DNA of 64,000 bases from Oligoflexus sp. (GTDB lineage Bacteria > Bdellovibrionota_B > Oligoflexia > Oligoflexales > Oligoflexaceae). The notes beneath the pieces were generated by a model that was not told the DNA's origin, made no database searches, and saw only the letters and a program-made list of their open reading frames with translations. Shown in pieces: positions 37,834 to 48,746 of this stretch. The translations under genes were made by a program, and so were the position numbers. Position 1 is the stretch's first letter, and the number at the start of each line of letters is the position of its first letter. Where the stretch lies: NCBI GenBank assembly GCA_041736305.1, contig JBGSTX010000334.1:1-64000 (forward strand). Reading direction: 5' to 3'.

Positions 37834-38750
37834 AGGAGTACCATGAGGCGATCTATGGTTAGAGCTCCGAAGATCCCAAAAAGATAAAAACAGGAGTAAT
37901 AAAAGAGCGGCATCGCTCTTTCGTTCTCTTCACTCCACATCAATCGAAAAGCTAACCAGACGAAATAAAGCGTCAAGACCAATGCCGTGATACCAAAGAG
38001 CCAACTCGCAGCTCCGTAGAGTGAGAGAGAGATTACAGTTGGAACCAGAGTCAAAGTGTAGACAAACATTTGACGCCTGGTTGTCGGCAGCCCTCTTACA
38101 GATGGCATCATCGGAATGTTGGCCAGCGCGTAGTCGTCTTTATATTTAATCGCAAGCGCCCAAAAGTGAGGCGGGGTCCAAAGAAAGATGATTCCAAATA
38201 GCACCCAGGCTGGCCACGCGAGTTCACCGCTTACAGCAGCCCAACCGATCAGTGGGCCTACCGCACCGGCTGCTCCCCCAATAACGATATTTTGCACAGT
38301 ACGGCGCTTAAGTAAGATCGTATAAATAACTACATAGAAGATATTTGCTGCCACTGAAAGCCAAGCTGCGAGGGGTGTGGTCCAGCGATAGAGCACGAAA
38401 AAAGAAAGCACAGCCATCACTGTAGCGAATGCTGCCGCCTTGTTTGGATGCACCTTGCCAGTCGGGATGGGGCGGTTCCGTGTTCTTTTCATAGTCTGAT
38501 CGACGTCGGAGTCGACGAGGTGATTAAAGATCGCAGAAGAACCAGACGCCAAGTAGGTCCCGACAAGGGAAGCCATCGCGACACTAAATGAGGGCAACTG
38601 GCCACTGGCCATAAACAGAGTAGGTACGACAGTAACCACGACCAGTAAGGAGATGGTCGGTTTCATCATTTGATAATAAGCTTGCCAGTCGATCTGAACG
38701 GGACTGCCGAAGGAAAGGGCGACAGAACCGGCTTTTAACTTAGGATCCAT
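37830..38750 (-). CDS. cyoE: Heme O synthase (protoheme IX farnesyltransferase)
   Basis: MKP.I..L, N...D.D.D..MKRT.NRP, YT..LKRRT.QNIVIGG, WTPPHFWALA....DY. Confidence 0.95.
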   Translation of the reverse strand: MDPKLKAGSVALSFGSPVQIDWQAYYQMMKPTISLLVVVTVVPTLFMASGQLPSFSVAMASLVGTYLASGSSAIFNHLVDSDVDQTMKRTRNRPIPTGKVHPNKAAAFATVMAVLSFFVLYRWTTPLAAWLSVAANIFYVVIYTILLKRRTVQNIVIGGAAGAVGPLIGWAAVSGELAWPAWVLFGIIFLWTPPHFWALAIKYKDDYALANIPMMPSVRGLPTTRRQMFVYTLTLVPTVISLSLYGAASWLFGITALVLTLYFVWLAFRLMWSEENERAMPLFYYSCFYLFGIFGALTIDRLMVLL

Positions 38751-38947
38751 TGCGCTGCAACCTCGATACGAAGCATCCGGAGGCGTCGACTTAAGTGGAA
38801 GAACCAATAAGGAGTAGCCACGTCAATCCAGATGGGAAAAAAGACGCAAAGAAAAAATAATATAGGGAAGAGAAACATCACAACCAAAAGCGTGAACCAG
38901 CCCCTGGCTTCGAGTGAACGATGCGATTCATGATCTGGACTTGTCAT
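38735..38947 (-). CDS. Small membrane protein
   Basis: 70 aa with one strongly hydrophobic segment; GAGG RBS; overlaps the cyoE start. Confidence 0.5.
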   Translation of the reverse strand: MTSPDHESHRSLEARGWFTLLVVMFLFPILFFLCVFFPIWIDVATPYWFFHLSRRLRMLRIEVAAQWILS

Positions 38948-39082
38948 GCCTTACCTCATACCAACACTGAAAGAAATCGACCATGCGCCGATAGCCACCA
39001 CTATCTATCACGGAGCGCTTGCGTACAAAAGAGCTTTTCGACGCTTACAAGTCCAGCTCTCTCAAAGGTCTGCACTTCGAAT

Positions 39083-41383
39083 TTAGAGAGACGCCTTTAG
39101 GATGCGGTAAACTTCCCAGTTGCGCCAGACATTTTTTGCATAAGAGCTGGTTTCTCCGAAGCTAAGACCCTCTATCCAAAGTATTGTTTCGGAAGCCGCT
39201 CGCCGCTGGATCCATGCATCGACGACATACTCACCGGCATTATAAGCGGCAAAAGCTTTTGGCCATTCTCCGCTGTACCGCCGTCCAAGCTCGGCTAAAT
39301 AGGCCGTTCCTAGGCTAATATTCAGCTCCGGCCTTTTGAGATCTTCAATTGGCGCGTCGAGCTTGAGGCCGAGACGCAAGGCTTGCCGATTGGCAGTAGG
39401 AACGATGAGCTGCATGAGGCCCACGGCTTCTGCGGGTGAATACGCTTCGGCCTGAAAGCTACTTTCTTGTCGAGTTATGGCAAAAGGCAAGTCCGAGTCG
39501 ATATAATTTAGACCAGCGATACGCACATAGCTGTTTCGATAAGGACGAGGGTAGTAGATAAGAAGCTGCTCTGGATAATCCTCCCAAAATCCCTTCCGCA
39601 CATCAGCGATCTGAGTGGTCAGTCCAATGACCTGCTGATGTTGACCAGCCATGTGAAGGAGCCGACTCACATAAAGACTCCCATTTACGTCCCGTATCAG
39701 TTCATCTCGGGGATAGACGTACCTATAAAGCTCACTCGCAAGAGGTTTAATCCAAGTTTGAACGCGAGCGGCCTGCACCAGTTCTGCTCTCAGCAAGCGG
39801 CGACCTGCCTCCCGATCTTTCATAAACGCAAGGGCTTCAAACTCCTCGCGGCTCTTCAAGCGCTCTCTAGCCGAGCTCAGGTCAATATCATCTTGCCACT
39901 TGTACTGTGGACGCAGACGCGGAACACCAACCACGTGATAAAAATTGAGTTTGAAGTTTTTCCTAAGCACCTCAAAATATTCTTCAGCTTTTCGCGTGTC
40001 GCCAAGTTCCTGAAAAGATCGACCTATCCAGTAATTAAGCTTGGCTGAAAGCCCGCTTTCGGGGCCTGCCGAATCTAAGAGCTCGCTCCAAACCGAGATA
40101 GCCTGAGGACGGTCACCTAAAAGATATTTAAACCAGCCCTCCCCCCATTTTAGACGATCTTTCCATTCGCCACCAATCTCGGGCAAGGCTTGTGCAACCT
40201 GTATCATAGCTAGGGCACTGGTATAGTTTTTTTGCTCAAAAGCGATGCGAGTGGCGAGAATGTGATAAGCGTCTGCCTTCTGTTCGTCTAGAGCTACCCG
40301 CTGGGCTTTGCTTAGATCGGGAATCGCACCATAAGCCCGATTAAGTGCATCTATACTGTTTTGAACACCTATACGAGCATTTTCATAGTCGCCCAGAAGA
40401 GCTTGATTGCGACCAACCCAAAGACCCGACTCAGCCTGCCGCTTCACTAATTCAAAGCGACTCCAGCCGACACTTGCGGGGTTAAGATTAGTTTCCATCA
40501 AAATTTTGTGCTGCAATCTATAGGCTGCAGCTGCTTCCTCGCGACGACCGAGAGCTTTCTGAGCTTGTATCAATCGCTCCGCAGCATTGATTGCCAGTGC
40601 CTGGGATTTCTTCTCTTCTTCAAGTTGGGGTAAAGCTGACTGCAATGCATTTACCGCGGCTTCATAATTTTTGAGACAGGAAGCCAAGAGACCATCCCAA
40701 TAGGCACGGCGTGAGCTTGTTAACTGACGAACCCACTTTTGCCAAGAAGGTGGTAATTCTCGATTGCACGCGGTTTGCACAGCCTTTTCCCAAAATGGAT
40801 CGTCTCGAATACTTGTAGGATCGGGAGGCCAGGCAATGTCTTGGGTCCTAGACTTCTCTCTGGAACGGAGATCGTCTATACGATCGCTTAGTTTCTCTAG
40901 CTTGAGCAGCTTTTGCTTTTGCAGCCATGGACTTAGGTTCCCATCTTTAGTCTGCGCGAGAAGCAGCCGTGCAAGAACCTCAGAATTGGTTTGGCTCCCT
41001 AGCACTTTATCGCTGTTCTGAACCCAGTGACGAAAAGCTTCAGAGGCAAGGGCACCAGCGTCCATTTGCATCACCGTTAGCCACTTTTGTGCGGCCGTCT
41101 CCCAGCGTTCCTGATTCTCCAGTTCCTGCGCCTGCAGAGCCAAGATAATATCTGCGCTAACGTCTTTCCAATCCTCGCGCTCAGCCACGAGGCGGCTGAG
41201 CCTTGCTTGCTGCTCGCCGGGCCCATCGGCTGGTTCCAGCTCAGTTGGCGCCTCTTCGATTGAAATAAGAGGTTGATAGCCAGCCTCCTGTGTAACACAG
41301 GCACTGGTAGCCATCAGTAAGGGAACAAGGAGTGAAATGACGGTCGAAAGCGTCGGCCGGAAGGGAGGCCTCTTTTGAGTCAT
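39083..41383 (-). CDS. Soluble lytic transglycosylase lipoprotein with an alpha-helical/TPR-like scaffold
   Basis: Lipobox TSAC; SLT motifs [31 protein letters not shown]. Confidence 0.88.
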   Translation of the reverse strand: MTQKRPPFRPTLSTVISLLVPLLMATSACVTQEAGYQPLISIEEAPTELEPADGPGEQQARLSRLVAEREDWKDVSADIILALQAQELENQERWETAAQKWLTVMQMDAGALASEAFRHWVQNSDKVLGSQTNSEVLARLLLAQTKDGNLSPWLQKQKLLKLEKLSDRIDDLRSREKSRTQDIAWPPDPTSIRDDPFWEKAVQTACNRELPPSWQKWVRQLTSSRRAYWDGLLASCLKNYEAAVNALQSALPQLEEEKKSQALAINAAERLIQAQKALGRREEAAAAYRLQHKILMETNLNPASVGWSRFELVKRQAESGLWVGRNQALLGDYENARIGVQNSIDALNRAYGAIPDLSKAQRVALDEQKADAYHILATRIAFEQKNYTSALAMIQVAQALPEIGGEWKDRLKWGEGWFKYLLGDRPQAISVWSELLDSAGPESGLSAKLNYWIGRSFQELGDTRKAEEYFEVLRKNFKLNFYHVVGVPRLRPQYKWQDDIDLSSARERLKSREEFEALAFMKDREAGRRLLRAELVQAARVQTWIKPLASELYRYVYPRDELIRDVNGSLYVSRLLHMAGQHQQVIGLTTQIADVRKGFWEDYPEQLLIYYPRPYRNSYVRIAGLNYIDSDLPFAITRQESSFQAEAYSPAEAVGLMQLIVPTANRQALRLGLKLDAPIEDLKRPELNISLGTAYLAELGRRYSGEWPKAFAAYNAGEYVVDAWIQRRAASETILWIEGLSFGETSSYAKNVWRNWEVYRILKASL

Positions 41384-41757
41384 CCGCGATTTCCTATCAC
41401 TTGATTCTGAGCAAACTCTAGCTCAGCAACGGGTTTGCCCTCTATCAGGTGTTCTTGAATGATTCGCTCTAGTCCAATCTTGTCGATACTTCGATACCAA
41501 GTCCCTTCGGGATAAACCACAGCAATAGGACCGTCGCAGCAGACCCGAAGGCATTTGGCTTTGGTCCGGAAGACTTTGCCCGACCCTCCGGGACTTACGA
41601 CTCCGAGCTCTTTGAGCCGATGCTTGAGATGATCCCAGAGTTCTTCGCCTCGACTTTCTTTACAGCACTCCGGTCCACCGCAGAAGATGATATGCCGCTC
41701 ATAAGTAGCGAGGCGCAAGGCCTGCCCTTTCTTGTCACTTTCGAAGGTCTTTGTCAT
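41380..41757 (-). CDS. Thioredoxin-like [2Fe-2S] ferredoxin
   Basis: RHI..C....CC, CL..C..GP..VVYPEG.WY, I..EHL..GKPV. Confidence 0.88.
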   Translation of the reverse strand: MTKTFESDKKGQALRLATYERHIIFCGGPECCKESRGEELWDHLKHRLKELGVVSPGGSGKVFRTKAKCLRVCCDGPIAVVYPEGTWYRSIDKIGLERIIQEHLIEGKPVAELEFAQNQVIGNRG

Positions 41758-42773
41758 AAGTGTCCTTCAACAACGGTTCCTGACCAGGAAAGCCCTCCCT
41801 CGAGGACTCTTCCTCCGACTTCTTCCATGGCACGGCGTACTCGAGACTGCACTGAAGGCTCAGCAAAAACGGCCATGACCCCACCACCGCCAGCTCCGCA
41901 AATTCGCGTGAACATAGCCCCCGCTCCGACGGCTGCTGCTGCAATACTCTTCGTTTCTGGCGTTTCAATGTCGGACCAAAGTTTAGTCCTCAACTTCCAT
42001 TCTGCCGAAGAGAGGCGGAATACTTCTGACCATTCGTGGCGCTTAACGGCACCTGCAACAGACTCACTAAGCGCGCCGATTTCATTGAGAGTATTGATCG
42101 TGAAGGCGTCACCTTCAAAGGCTTTTTTGAAAATTGCCCAGTTGTTTGTCCCCGAAGCCCTTGAAACCCCGCTGTAGCAGAGCATAAGAAGCTCCTCGAG
42201 CTGCTTGCCTTCGGTAGCTCGCAAAGTCTCAATCGCTGTTTCACCGGGTGGATAGCTTATAATATTGATGCCGCCGCGAAGGCCTCCCCAATAATCCTGG
42301 CAGCCGGTCGGAACTTTGATGACGGACGTTTCTAAATCCTGAACTCGTTGGACCAGCTCAGCTTCCTTGAGTTGCAGTGGGATTCCCAGGTCGGCGCGAG
42401 CGCGAAGGAGAGCGCTTGCCATGGCAATACCTAGACAGGACGAACCACCAAGACCGGCCCCTGCGGGCGACTTAGCAGCCACCTTGATACTGAGGGGGGG
42501 AAGCTCTTCATTCCAGAAATGATCGAGGAGCTTTTCAAGTAGGGGAAGCCGGTTTTGATGAAGCACCTCTGCCCAGGTACCGCTGAGAGATACTCCTTGA
42601 TCGAGACTATGGAGCTCAAATTTTCGCTCACTCCGATCGACGGTCACTCGCGCATGGAGGGTGACACCAAAATTTACTGTCTTTTTATGGGTGAGGATCT
42701 GAGTCATAGGGGCAATGTCAAGCGTTCCCCCAGCAAGATCGACGCGAGTAGGGCTAAGGGCCGTGACAGACAT
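41754..42773 (-). CDS. GHMP-family sugar kinase (HddA-like)
   Basis: [38 protein letters not shown]. Confidence 0.85.
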   Translation of the reverse strand: MSVTALSPTRVDLAGGTLDIAPMTQILTHKKTVNFGVTLHARVTVDRSERKFELHSLDQGVSLSGTWAEVLHQNRLPLLEKLLDHFWNEELPPLSIKVAAKSPAGAGLGGSSCLGIAMASALLRARADLGIPLQLKEAELVQRVQDLETSVIKVPTGCQDYWGGLRGGINIISYPPGETAIETLRATEGKQLEELLMLCYSGVSRASGTNNWAIFKKAFEGDAFTINTLNEIGALSESVAGAVKRHEWSEVFRLSSAEWKLRTKLWSDIETPETKSIAAAAVGAGAMFTRICGAGGGGVMAVFAEPSVQSRVRRAMEEVGGRVLEGGLSWSGTVVEGHL

Positions 42774-42925
42774 GACTCTCTCCTTTCCTGACAAGTTGAG
42801 CAACAGACGCAAGTTTGGCAGCGATCCTTGGACCTTGAAAAGTTCCATGCTAAACTAAAATGAATCGTTTTTCACGCGCCCACGATCGAAGTGCTTGAAC
42901 ACCATCCAAGAGGAACCCCCCTCTT

Positions 42926-43453
42926 ATGTCACGTCAATCTGACTTTTTGTCTCAACGTCGGCGCATCTGCTCTTGGGATCTGCAGCCGCAGCAATTAGAT
43001 AGTTTCAAAGCATCGCTCGAGCAACAGCTACGGTTTTTACCACAAATGACATGGTACCGTCTAAAAGCCTTGGATGATCCCGAACTCTTTCCTTGCGACC
43101 TACTTGTAGTCTATAGTTGGCATCTCAGTGAAAACGAGATGCTGATGTGGCTTGATGGCTTCGAGAAGCGCCTTAAAAAGCAACGCGCTATCTGGATTCC
43201 CTCTTTAATCGTAACGCCACTGGCCCTCAGCAGTATTCCAGAAATCTTGGAGAGGACACTCCAATCGAACTGGTATTTTGACCTCATTCATCCGGAGCAT
43301 CTTAGCAGCTTGCCGATTAGGGTGGCTAATCTCCTGAGGATTCACGACCATCTCCACGAACTTGAGCGGTATGAGTCAGAGATTACCCAACTGCAAACAG
43401 TCGTGGGTTCGATAGAAAAAGAACTCGAACGCTTAAAGAACGGAGCGACGTAA
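42926..43453 (+). CDS. Hypothetical protein, probable degenerate receiver domain plus coiled coil
   Basis: CDLLVV...DGFE.RLK....IPSLIVT...LPIRVANLLRI pattern parallels REC domains. Confidence 0.6.
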   Translation: MSRQSDFLSQRRRICSWDLQPQQLDSFKASLEQQLRFLPQMTWYRLKALDDPELFPCDLLVVYSWHLSENEMLMWLDGFEKRLKKQRAIWIPSLIVTPLALSSIPEILERTLQSNWYFDLIHPEHLSSLPIRVANLLRIHDHLHELERYESEITQLQTVVGSIEKELERLKNGAT

Positions 43454-43458
43454 AAAAG

Positions 43459-43755
43459 GTGAGCTACATACCTGAGGCACAGCTGGAAGGCCCGAATCTG
43501 ATCATGCACTACATTCTCGAGTGCCGAGGGAGAGGTCATTTCCTACCTTATGATGAGCACCGGGTCATCAGCCGCTGGTTGGCTGCAGCGCAAGACGACG
43601 CCGACATACTCCTTCTAGTGCTTTCGGATGTGCTGCCAGATTTTTACCTGAAAGCCAGTGGGCGGTCTCAGCCGCCTTCTCTTCTTCGCGTCGATAAAAA
43701 GGTCAAGAAGATCCTAGAAGCTCGGTTCCAACGCGAGGCGAGTTCCTCCAATTGA
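43459..43755 (+). CDS. Hypothetical protein
   Basis: 98-aa ORF lying in an apparent operon between the 42926 gene and the thioredoxin. Confidence 0.6.
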   Translation: MSYIPEAQLEGPNLIMHYILECRGRGHFLPYDEHRVISRWLAAAQDDADILLLVLSDVLPDFYLKASGRSQPPSLLRVDKKVKKILEARFQREASSSN

Positions 43756-43781
43756 CTAATCAAAAGTAATGGGAGATCACG

Positions 43782-44114
43782 GTGAGCCCTCAGCTTTTCA
43801 ACGTTAACGACGATACTCTTCGGACTTATATAAAAGAAAAAAAGCAACCGGTCCTCGTGGCTTTCTGGGCGCCCTGGTGTGGACCTTCAACTGTCATGGA
43901 ACCTATCCTTCGCGAGCTAGCTATTGACTACGGTAAACGGCTCGTCGTAGCTCGTCTGAATGTCGATGAAAATGCGCATGCACCGGTAGAGTTTGGTATC
44001 AAGTCGATTCCGCAGATTCTTCTGCTCAATGAAGGCGAAGTTGTAGGCTCATTGACTGGGCCCCAGCCCAAGGCCAAACTCATGGAGCTACTGGACAAGA
44101 GCTTGCCTCTTTAA
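43782..44114 (+). CDS. Thioredoxin-fold protein with a CXXS (WCGPS) site
   Basis: PVLV.FWAPWCGPS, LNVDEN, FGI.SIP. Confidence 0.88.
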   Translation: MSPQLFNVNDDTLRTYIKEKKQPVLVAFWAPWCGPSTVMEPILRELAIDYGKRLVVARLNVDENAHAPVEFGIKSIPQILLLNEGEVVGSLTGPQPKAKLMELLDKSLPL

Positions 44115-44186
44115 TCGATCTCCGCGTGCTTTTTCTCCACTACCTGCCTATACTCCGAAACTTCGCTCACTGCCGAAAAAGGAAGA

Positions 44187-44849
44187 GTGGCTATGGCGGA
44201 TAAAGTATCGAAGGGGCGCCTCGAGGCTCAGTATAGGAGACAAAACCTTCGGATCTTAGGAGTCGATGAGGTAGGCCGCGGTTGCCTGGCAGGTCCAGTT
44301 TATGCAGCTTGTGCGGCAATTGACTACCAAAAACTTGCCAAACTCGACAGCCGCACTAAAGGGCTAATTCGAGACTCTAAAACTTTGAGTCGACGTCAGC
44401 GCCAGAGTATTTTGCCTACGCTACACTCAATCTGCTCGGAACAGACGATAGGTATCGCCAGCGTCGAAGAAATAGAGACCGATGGTATAGTCTCCGCAAC
44501 TTTTCGCGCAATGCATAGAGCTTTCTCGGATCTGCAAGATAGCTACGATCTTCTTCTTATAGACGGCAAGCATACCAATCCTTTGATTGATATTCCGCAA
44601 GAGACGGTAATAGGCGGCGATGGACTCTGTTTTGCGATTGCTGCAGCTTCGATTATAGCTAAAGAAGCTCGGGATAGCTTCATGCATGCCGCGGCGAAGA
44701 CTTACCCAGACTATGGTTTTATCGACAACGTTGGCTATGGAACTAAAACCCATTTAGAAGCCTTGCTAGTCCATGGGATCACGCCTCTTCATCGGCGCAA
44801 CTTTGCGCCTATATCTGAAATAGCGCGCAACTCACCCGCTTTTTCATAA
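44187..44849 (+). CDS. rnhB: Ribonuclease HII
   Basis: GVDEVGRGCLAGPV, DSK.L, LIDG, IAAASIIAK..RD, GYGT..H, HRR.F.P. Confidence 0.95.
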   Translation: MAMADKVSKGRLEAQYRRQNLRILGVDEVGRGCLAGPVYAACAAIDYQKLAKLDSRTKGLIRDSKTLSRRQRQSILPTLHSICSEQTIGIASVEEIETDGIVSATFRAMHRAFSDLQDSYDLLLIDGKHTNPLIDIPQETVIGGDGLCFAIAAASIIAKEARDSFMHAAAKTYPDYGFIDNVGYGTKTHLEALLVHGITPLHRRNFAPISEIARNSPAFS

Positions 44850-44909
44850 GATGTCTCTCGATTTCTCTGAGCTATTGGCCCAGCCTCTCCTTTTTTGGAG
44901 GATCGACCG

Positions 44910-45287
44910 GTGGCTAGAGAGCATTATTCGCTGGGACGAAGGGGCGAGAATTGGGTCGCCAACTTAGTCGAATCTCGAGGTTGGACAGTCCTAGCCCGCA
45001 ATTGGCGCCGCCGCGGCGTAGAATTAGATATTGTGGCTTTACGTACCGGGGACTTAATTATTCTAGAAGTGAAGACTCGCCGCGACTCGAGGGCGCTCGA
45101 AGATCCTCACCGAGTCCTCTCTTGGGGAAAACGTAAGGCGTTCATTCGAGGCGCTCATTTATACTTGAGTCATGAACAAGACCTTGCGGCTTTAAGCATT
45201 CGCCTCTATTTAGCGGTGCTACTGTTCGAAGGTGGGCGCTTTAAAGCTCGCTGGCATCCAATAGAGATCACCGACGATCTCGTGTAA
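44910..45287 (+). CDS. YraN-family endonuclease
   Basis: LG..GE...A..L...G...LARNWR....ELDIVA......EVKTR; GGAGG RBS before the GTG at 44910. Confidence 0.88.
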   Translation: MAREHYSLGRRGENWVANLVESRGWTVLARNWRRRGVELDIVALRTGDLIILEVKTRRDSRALEDPHRVLSWGKRKAFIRGAHLYLSHEQDLAALSIRLYLAVLLFEGGRFKARWHPIEITDDLV

Positions 45288-45867
45288 AAATTCGCCGGAA
45301 TGTTAGATTGATCCGTGGCTCCACAGCTTTTTTTGTTTTTGCAATCGCATGCACAAAATGTTCTTGAAGCTTTCCTCGCATAATCAGCAAACTTCCATCT
45401 TCCAATGCAATTTCAAAGCGTCGTTGGCTCACACTCTCCTTTTCTTTGATGAGAAAACGACGGGTTCCACCAAAACTAGCCGACGCGATGACTGGCTCAC
45501 TTCCGAGCTCTTCTTCGTTATCTGCGTGATAGCCCTGGTAATGTCCGCCATCAGCATATCGATTAGCCAGAACTGCGTTAAAACGGCTTTGGGAATAGGC
45601 CTCGGCTTGCTTCCTTATGGAGATGAGATCTACCGTCCAAGGCAAAGGGGAGTTCTGTATTCCCGAGTACGAATAGGAAGCTTCGGGGTCCCCGTACCAG
45701 GCAGTAAGACGTGGAAGCTTGATGTCCCGCCCGTATATTTTTATTTTATCCTGTTTCCAGACCAGCGATCGGTCCAGCTCTTCAAACAGGGAAATTGGCC
45801 AGACCTTAGGCCAATATAGTATTTCACCGGTTGAATCAGAAAGAATAATTTCCGGCGCTCGATTCAA
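45268..45867 (-). CDS. AlkB-family 2OG-Fe(II) dioxygenase
   Basis: PRLTAWYG, FN.VL.N.Y..G, H.D.E, IAS.S.G..R.F, GSLLIM.G..Q....H, RINLTFR; TTG start after AAGGA. Confidence 0.9.
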   Translation of the reverse strand: MNRAPEIILSDSTGEILYWPKVWPISLFEELDRSLVWKQDKIKIYGRDIKLPRLTAWYGDPEASYSYSGIQNSPLPWTVDLISIRKQAEAYSQSRFNAVLANRYADGGHYQGYHADNEEELGSEPVIASASFGGTRRFLIKEKESVSQRRFEIALEDGSLLIMRGKLQEHFVHAIAKTKKAVEPRINLTFRRIFTRDRR

Positions 45868-45898
45868 GTGCAGTCCTTTCAAAAAAGCCGCTGTCTCT

Positions 45899-46915
45899 TC
45901 AAAGGTTATATACGTACTTAGCTTGGAGGACCATTCCAGCTTTAAAACCGCTTGAGGGGAGCAGATAGACACGATTTTCCATCGCGTTAAAGTTCCAGGC
46001 ATCAGGGCCTAGAGTCCTACCATCTATAGTGACAAGTATACGATCTGCACTCAGCGGCTTTTTCGATAAAAGGAGAGACGCACTGCGCTTCTTGATATCG
46101 TTAGAAAATCGTTGAAGTAAATCTGACCAATTATCCGAACAGATATCCAGCACGGTGCCTCCTGTTCGCTTCGCCAAAGAAATATATTCTTCACCGACAC
46201 GAGCGATTTCACAGCTGCCAGTGGACTCTGATGAATCGGGCACACCTATGATACCGCTAACAGTGGCATTCCAAATGTTTTCAGGGTCAAAGTCTTCGGC
46301 AAGGTTACCAAAGTCATCATCGCGAGCAGAGTCATTTGAACCGTCATCGTCGCTAACTATTAACACTTCTAACTGGGCGTCGTCTCTAAATGAGAGTGGC
46401 TCGTCCATGGGCTCCCCGTAAACATCGAGGTAGCGGTCATCTAGCTCGCCTGAAAGAAGGGCAGACACGCGGCCGAGGGCATCGTGGCTGCCGACCGATT
46501 TCGCTACTAAAGCAGCCCGATCCACCTCGATCCCCGCGGGAAATTCAAAGACTATCTTGGGGTCACTATTTTCATCTCTTTTACGTTTATCACGTCCTCC
46601 AGCTATTACATGTATCCTAGGATCTAGATCACTTTTTTGAAGACCTAGTAATAGAGTCTGAATATTGTTCTCTACTGCTTCTTTTTCTTCGTTCATACTC
46701 CCACTGGTATCAATAGCGACAACAAGGTCCAGCCCATTCAAGAGTTGGCTGCTATCGGTATTGAGCGCGGATTGTCGGCTATCGAAATTTCCAATGGGGT
46801 TATAGTCGCTTAAGGAGCCTTTACTCCCTTGGCCACTAAGGTTTTTGAAGGTATCGTTACAACCGTTCCCGAGGAGTGCCGCTGCCACGAACAGGCACAG
46901 TGAAGCCTTCTTCAT
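45899..46915 (-). CDS. vWA-domain lipoprotein
   Basis: Signal peptide ending GNGC; MIDAS DTSGSM; LIVSDD; Y..LA..TGG...DIC..NW; C-terminal beta domain. Confidence 0.82.
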   Translation of the reverse strand: MKKASLCLFVAAALLGNGCNDTFKNLSGQGSKGSLSDYNPIGNFDSRQSALNTDSSQLLNGLDLVVAIDTSGSMNEEKEAVENNIQTLLLGLQKSDLDPRIHVIAGGRDKRKRDENSDPKIVFEFPAGIEVDRAALVAKSVGSHDALGRVSALLSGELDDRYLDVYGEPMDEPLSFRDDAQLEVLIVSDDDGSNDSARDDDFGNLAEDFDPENIWNATVSGIIGVPDSSESTGSCEIARVGEEYISLAKRTGGTVLDICSDNWSDLLQRFSNDIKKRSASLLLSKKPLSADRILVTIDGRTLGPDAWNFNAMENRVYLLPSSGFKAGMVLQAKYVYNL

Positions 46916-46952
46916 AGAAATCCCTCTATATTTCGGTCTTTTTCTTTGCTCC

Positions 46953-46979
46953 TTATCGGAAATATTTGGCAAAAGTTTA
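46953..46979 (-). promoter_or_regulatory. Sigma28-type promoter (vWA lipoprotein)
   Basis: TAAA-N15-TCCGATAA, 37 nt before the ATG at 46915. Confidence 0.62.
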
Positions 46980-47246
46980 TCAAAACTAATAATTATTCCT
47001 AATTACCTCTACTTACAGAGTGGATAAAAATCTAGGATAGCAATTTAAGCTCTAGCTAAATCCTCCGTAGTCCGAGCTTTCACTGATACCTACCTATCCA
47101 TAAGTCCTCATTACCAAAAAGTTCCATTTGCCAAATTATCCATTACTTATAGTTCTTTACATATAATTCCCTGCCAGGTGCTCCTCGTTTTTCTGCAGAC
47201 TTATCCGATATAATTTTGTCGCTTTTACACGCTTTAAGGATGTTCC

Positions 47247-48746
47247 ATGAGCCACAATTCTTCAGCCTTGAATCTCAACTTGAACTCGATCATCCGCTAC
47301 CGCGAGCAGCGTATATTTATTGGCGACCATCAGCAGGCCTTAGCCTTATTCAGCTCGGAACATATTGATATTACCGAGGGTAAGATTATAAATGTCTCTC
47401 GCTTCGGTGCACGAATATCAATAGCTGAAGAAGCTGTATTTGTTAATCGCGGCGATCAGCTGAAAATAATCAGGCTCTATCTAGGCGACATAAGAATTTA
47501 TGATGGCCCCGCGACGATTGTAAGCGAGATGCGGGCTTCCGATGGCTTTGTTGACATCGGTCTCGCTCTCTTTGGCAACGGAGTCGATCTCGATCAAGTT
47601 AATGCCGTGCTTCAGATTGAGTCCACAATTGAGCCTCATCAGAACTTCCAAAGCATATCCGAGTTGAGCAAGCACATTGATCCCCGCTTCAAAATCCTGG
47701 TCGCTGACCTCAGCACACTATTTGCCGATCTGCGCGTAAAATTCAGGGAAGAAGAAAGACGTATTAGCGAGTCAGCGCTCTCTTCCTCCCATAAGCAGCG
47801 CCTCGAAGAACATGCAATCAGCGTTGCTGCTTCTTTATTCGGCAGCGACATACAGTCGATATTCGATGATTTCACTAAGTTTGTCTATCAGATGGATTCT
47901 GACTCGATAGCACTTCATAAGAAGTACTTTCGTTCAAACTTTCACGCCTACATACTCGATGCGCCCTTTATCAATCGAGCTTTTAACAAGCCTCTCGGAT
48001 ATGCTGGTGATTTTGGTTTAATGGTCATGCTTTATGAGTACCAGGACATCGGCACGACTCTTTTCGATAAATTTTTCCATCGTCTCGGCTGTACCGCTCC
48101 TTCTGCAGTTGCGAATAAAAACCGCGTCGTTTTCCTTTCAGACTTGATCTACCAGGAGTATGCGAAGCGTAGCGAAAAGGGTGATTTTTCGGTCGCTAGC
48201 ATAGCTTGCGGACCAGCACGCGAAGTGCAGCTTTTCCTAAATCATCTTGCAGAAAATGGAGTCACACGACCGGTCAAGACTGTATGCCTTGACCGCGAAC
48301 CTTACGCTCTCGACTATGCCCAGAGCCAGATTCGCAAGTCCATCAAGCCTGGTACACCAGTTGAAACGGTCTTTCTAAAAGAAGATGCCGTACTCGGCAT
48401 CATTAAAAAGAATCGATTCATCAGCGAGATCGCCGGCAGCACCATTATCAGCTGCGCTGGACTCTACGACTATCTTAGTGATCGGCTGGCGAGCAAAATG
48501 ATTGAGGGCATGTATGCACTACTTGCGCCTGGAGGAACACTGCTCATCGGTAACGTTTCAAATCAGATCCCAGATCGTTTTTCAATGGATTTTCTAATGG
48601 AGTGGAACCTCGTACTCCGTAGCTCAGAAGACATGATGCGCTTGGTGCCTGACGCTATCTGTCAGGAGCGTGGTGCCTCCGTCGAAGTAGTTGCAGAGCC
48701 TCTTGGTCTCAACCTGTTCCTAAGGATAAAAAAGCCAAGTGAATAA
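47247..48746 (+). CDS. PhcB-like class I SAM methyltransferase with an N-terminal PilZ-like domain
   Basis: R.REQR and NVSRFG (PilZ-like); RAFNKPLGYAGDF.LM.MLY; A.ANKNR; SIACGPAREV; LDRE..AL; AGLYDYL; LAPGG.L.IGN; MEW.L..RS. Confidence 0.75.
   Translation: MSHNSSALNLNLNSIIRYREQRIFIGDHQQALALFSSEHIDITEGKIINVSRFGARISIAEEAVFVNRGDQLKIIRLYLGDIRIYDGPATIVSEMRASDGFVDIGLALFGNGVDLDQVNAVLQIESTIEPHQNFQSISELSKHIDPRFKILVADLSTLFADLRVKFREEERRISESALSSSHKQRLEEHAISVAASLFGSDIQSIFDDFTKFVYQMDSDSIALHKKYFRSNFHAYILDAPFINRAFNKPLGYAGDFGLMVMLYEYQDIGTTLFDKFFHRLGCTAPSAVANKNRVVFLSDLIYQEYAKRSEKGDFSVASIACGPAREVQLFLNHLAENGVTRPVKTVCLDREPYALDYAQSQIRKSIKPGTPVETVFLKEDAVLGIIKKNRFISEIAGSTIISCAGLYDYLSDRLASKMIEGMYALLAPGGTLLIGNVSNQIPDRFSMDFLMEWNLVLRSSEDMMRLVPDAICQERGASVEVVAEPLGLNLFLRIKKPSE

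Noticed and set aside
38968-38994. TGAA-N15-GCCGATAG on the + strand, pointing antisense into slt
   Set aside because: No downstream sense gene, so it cannot be distinguished from chance without TSS data.
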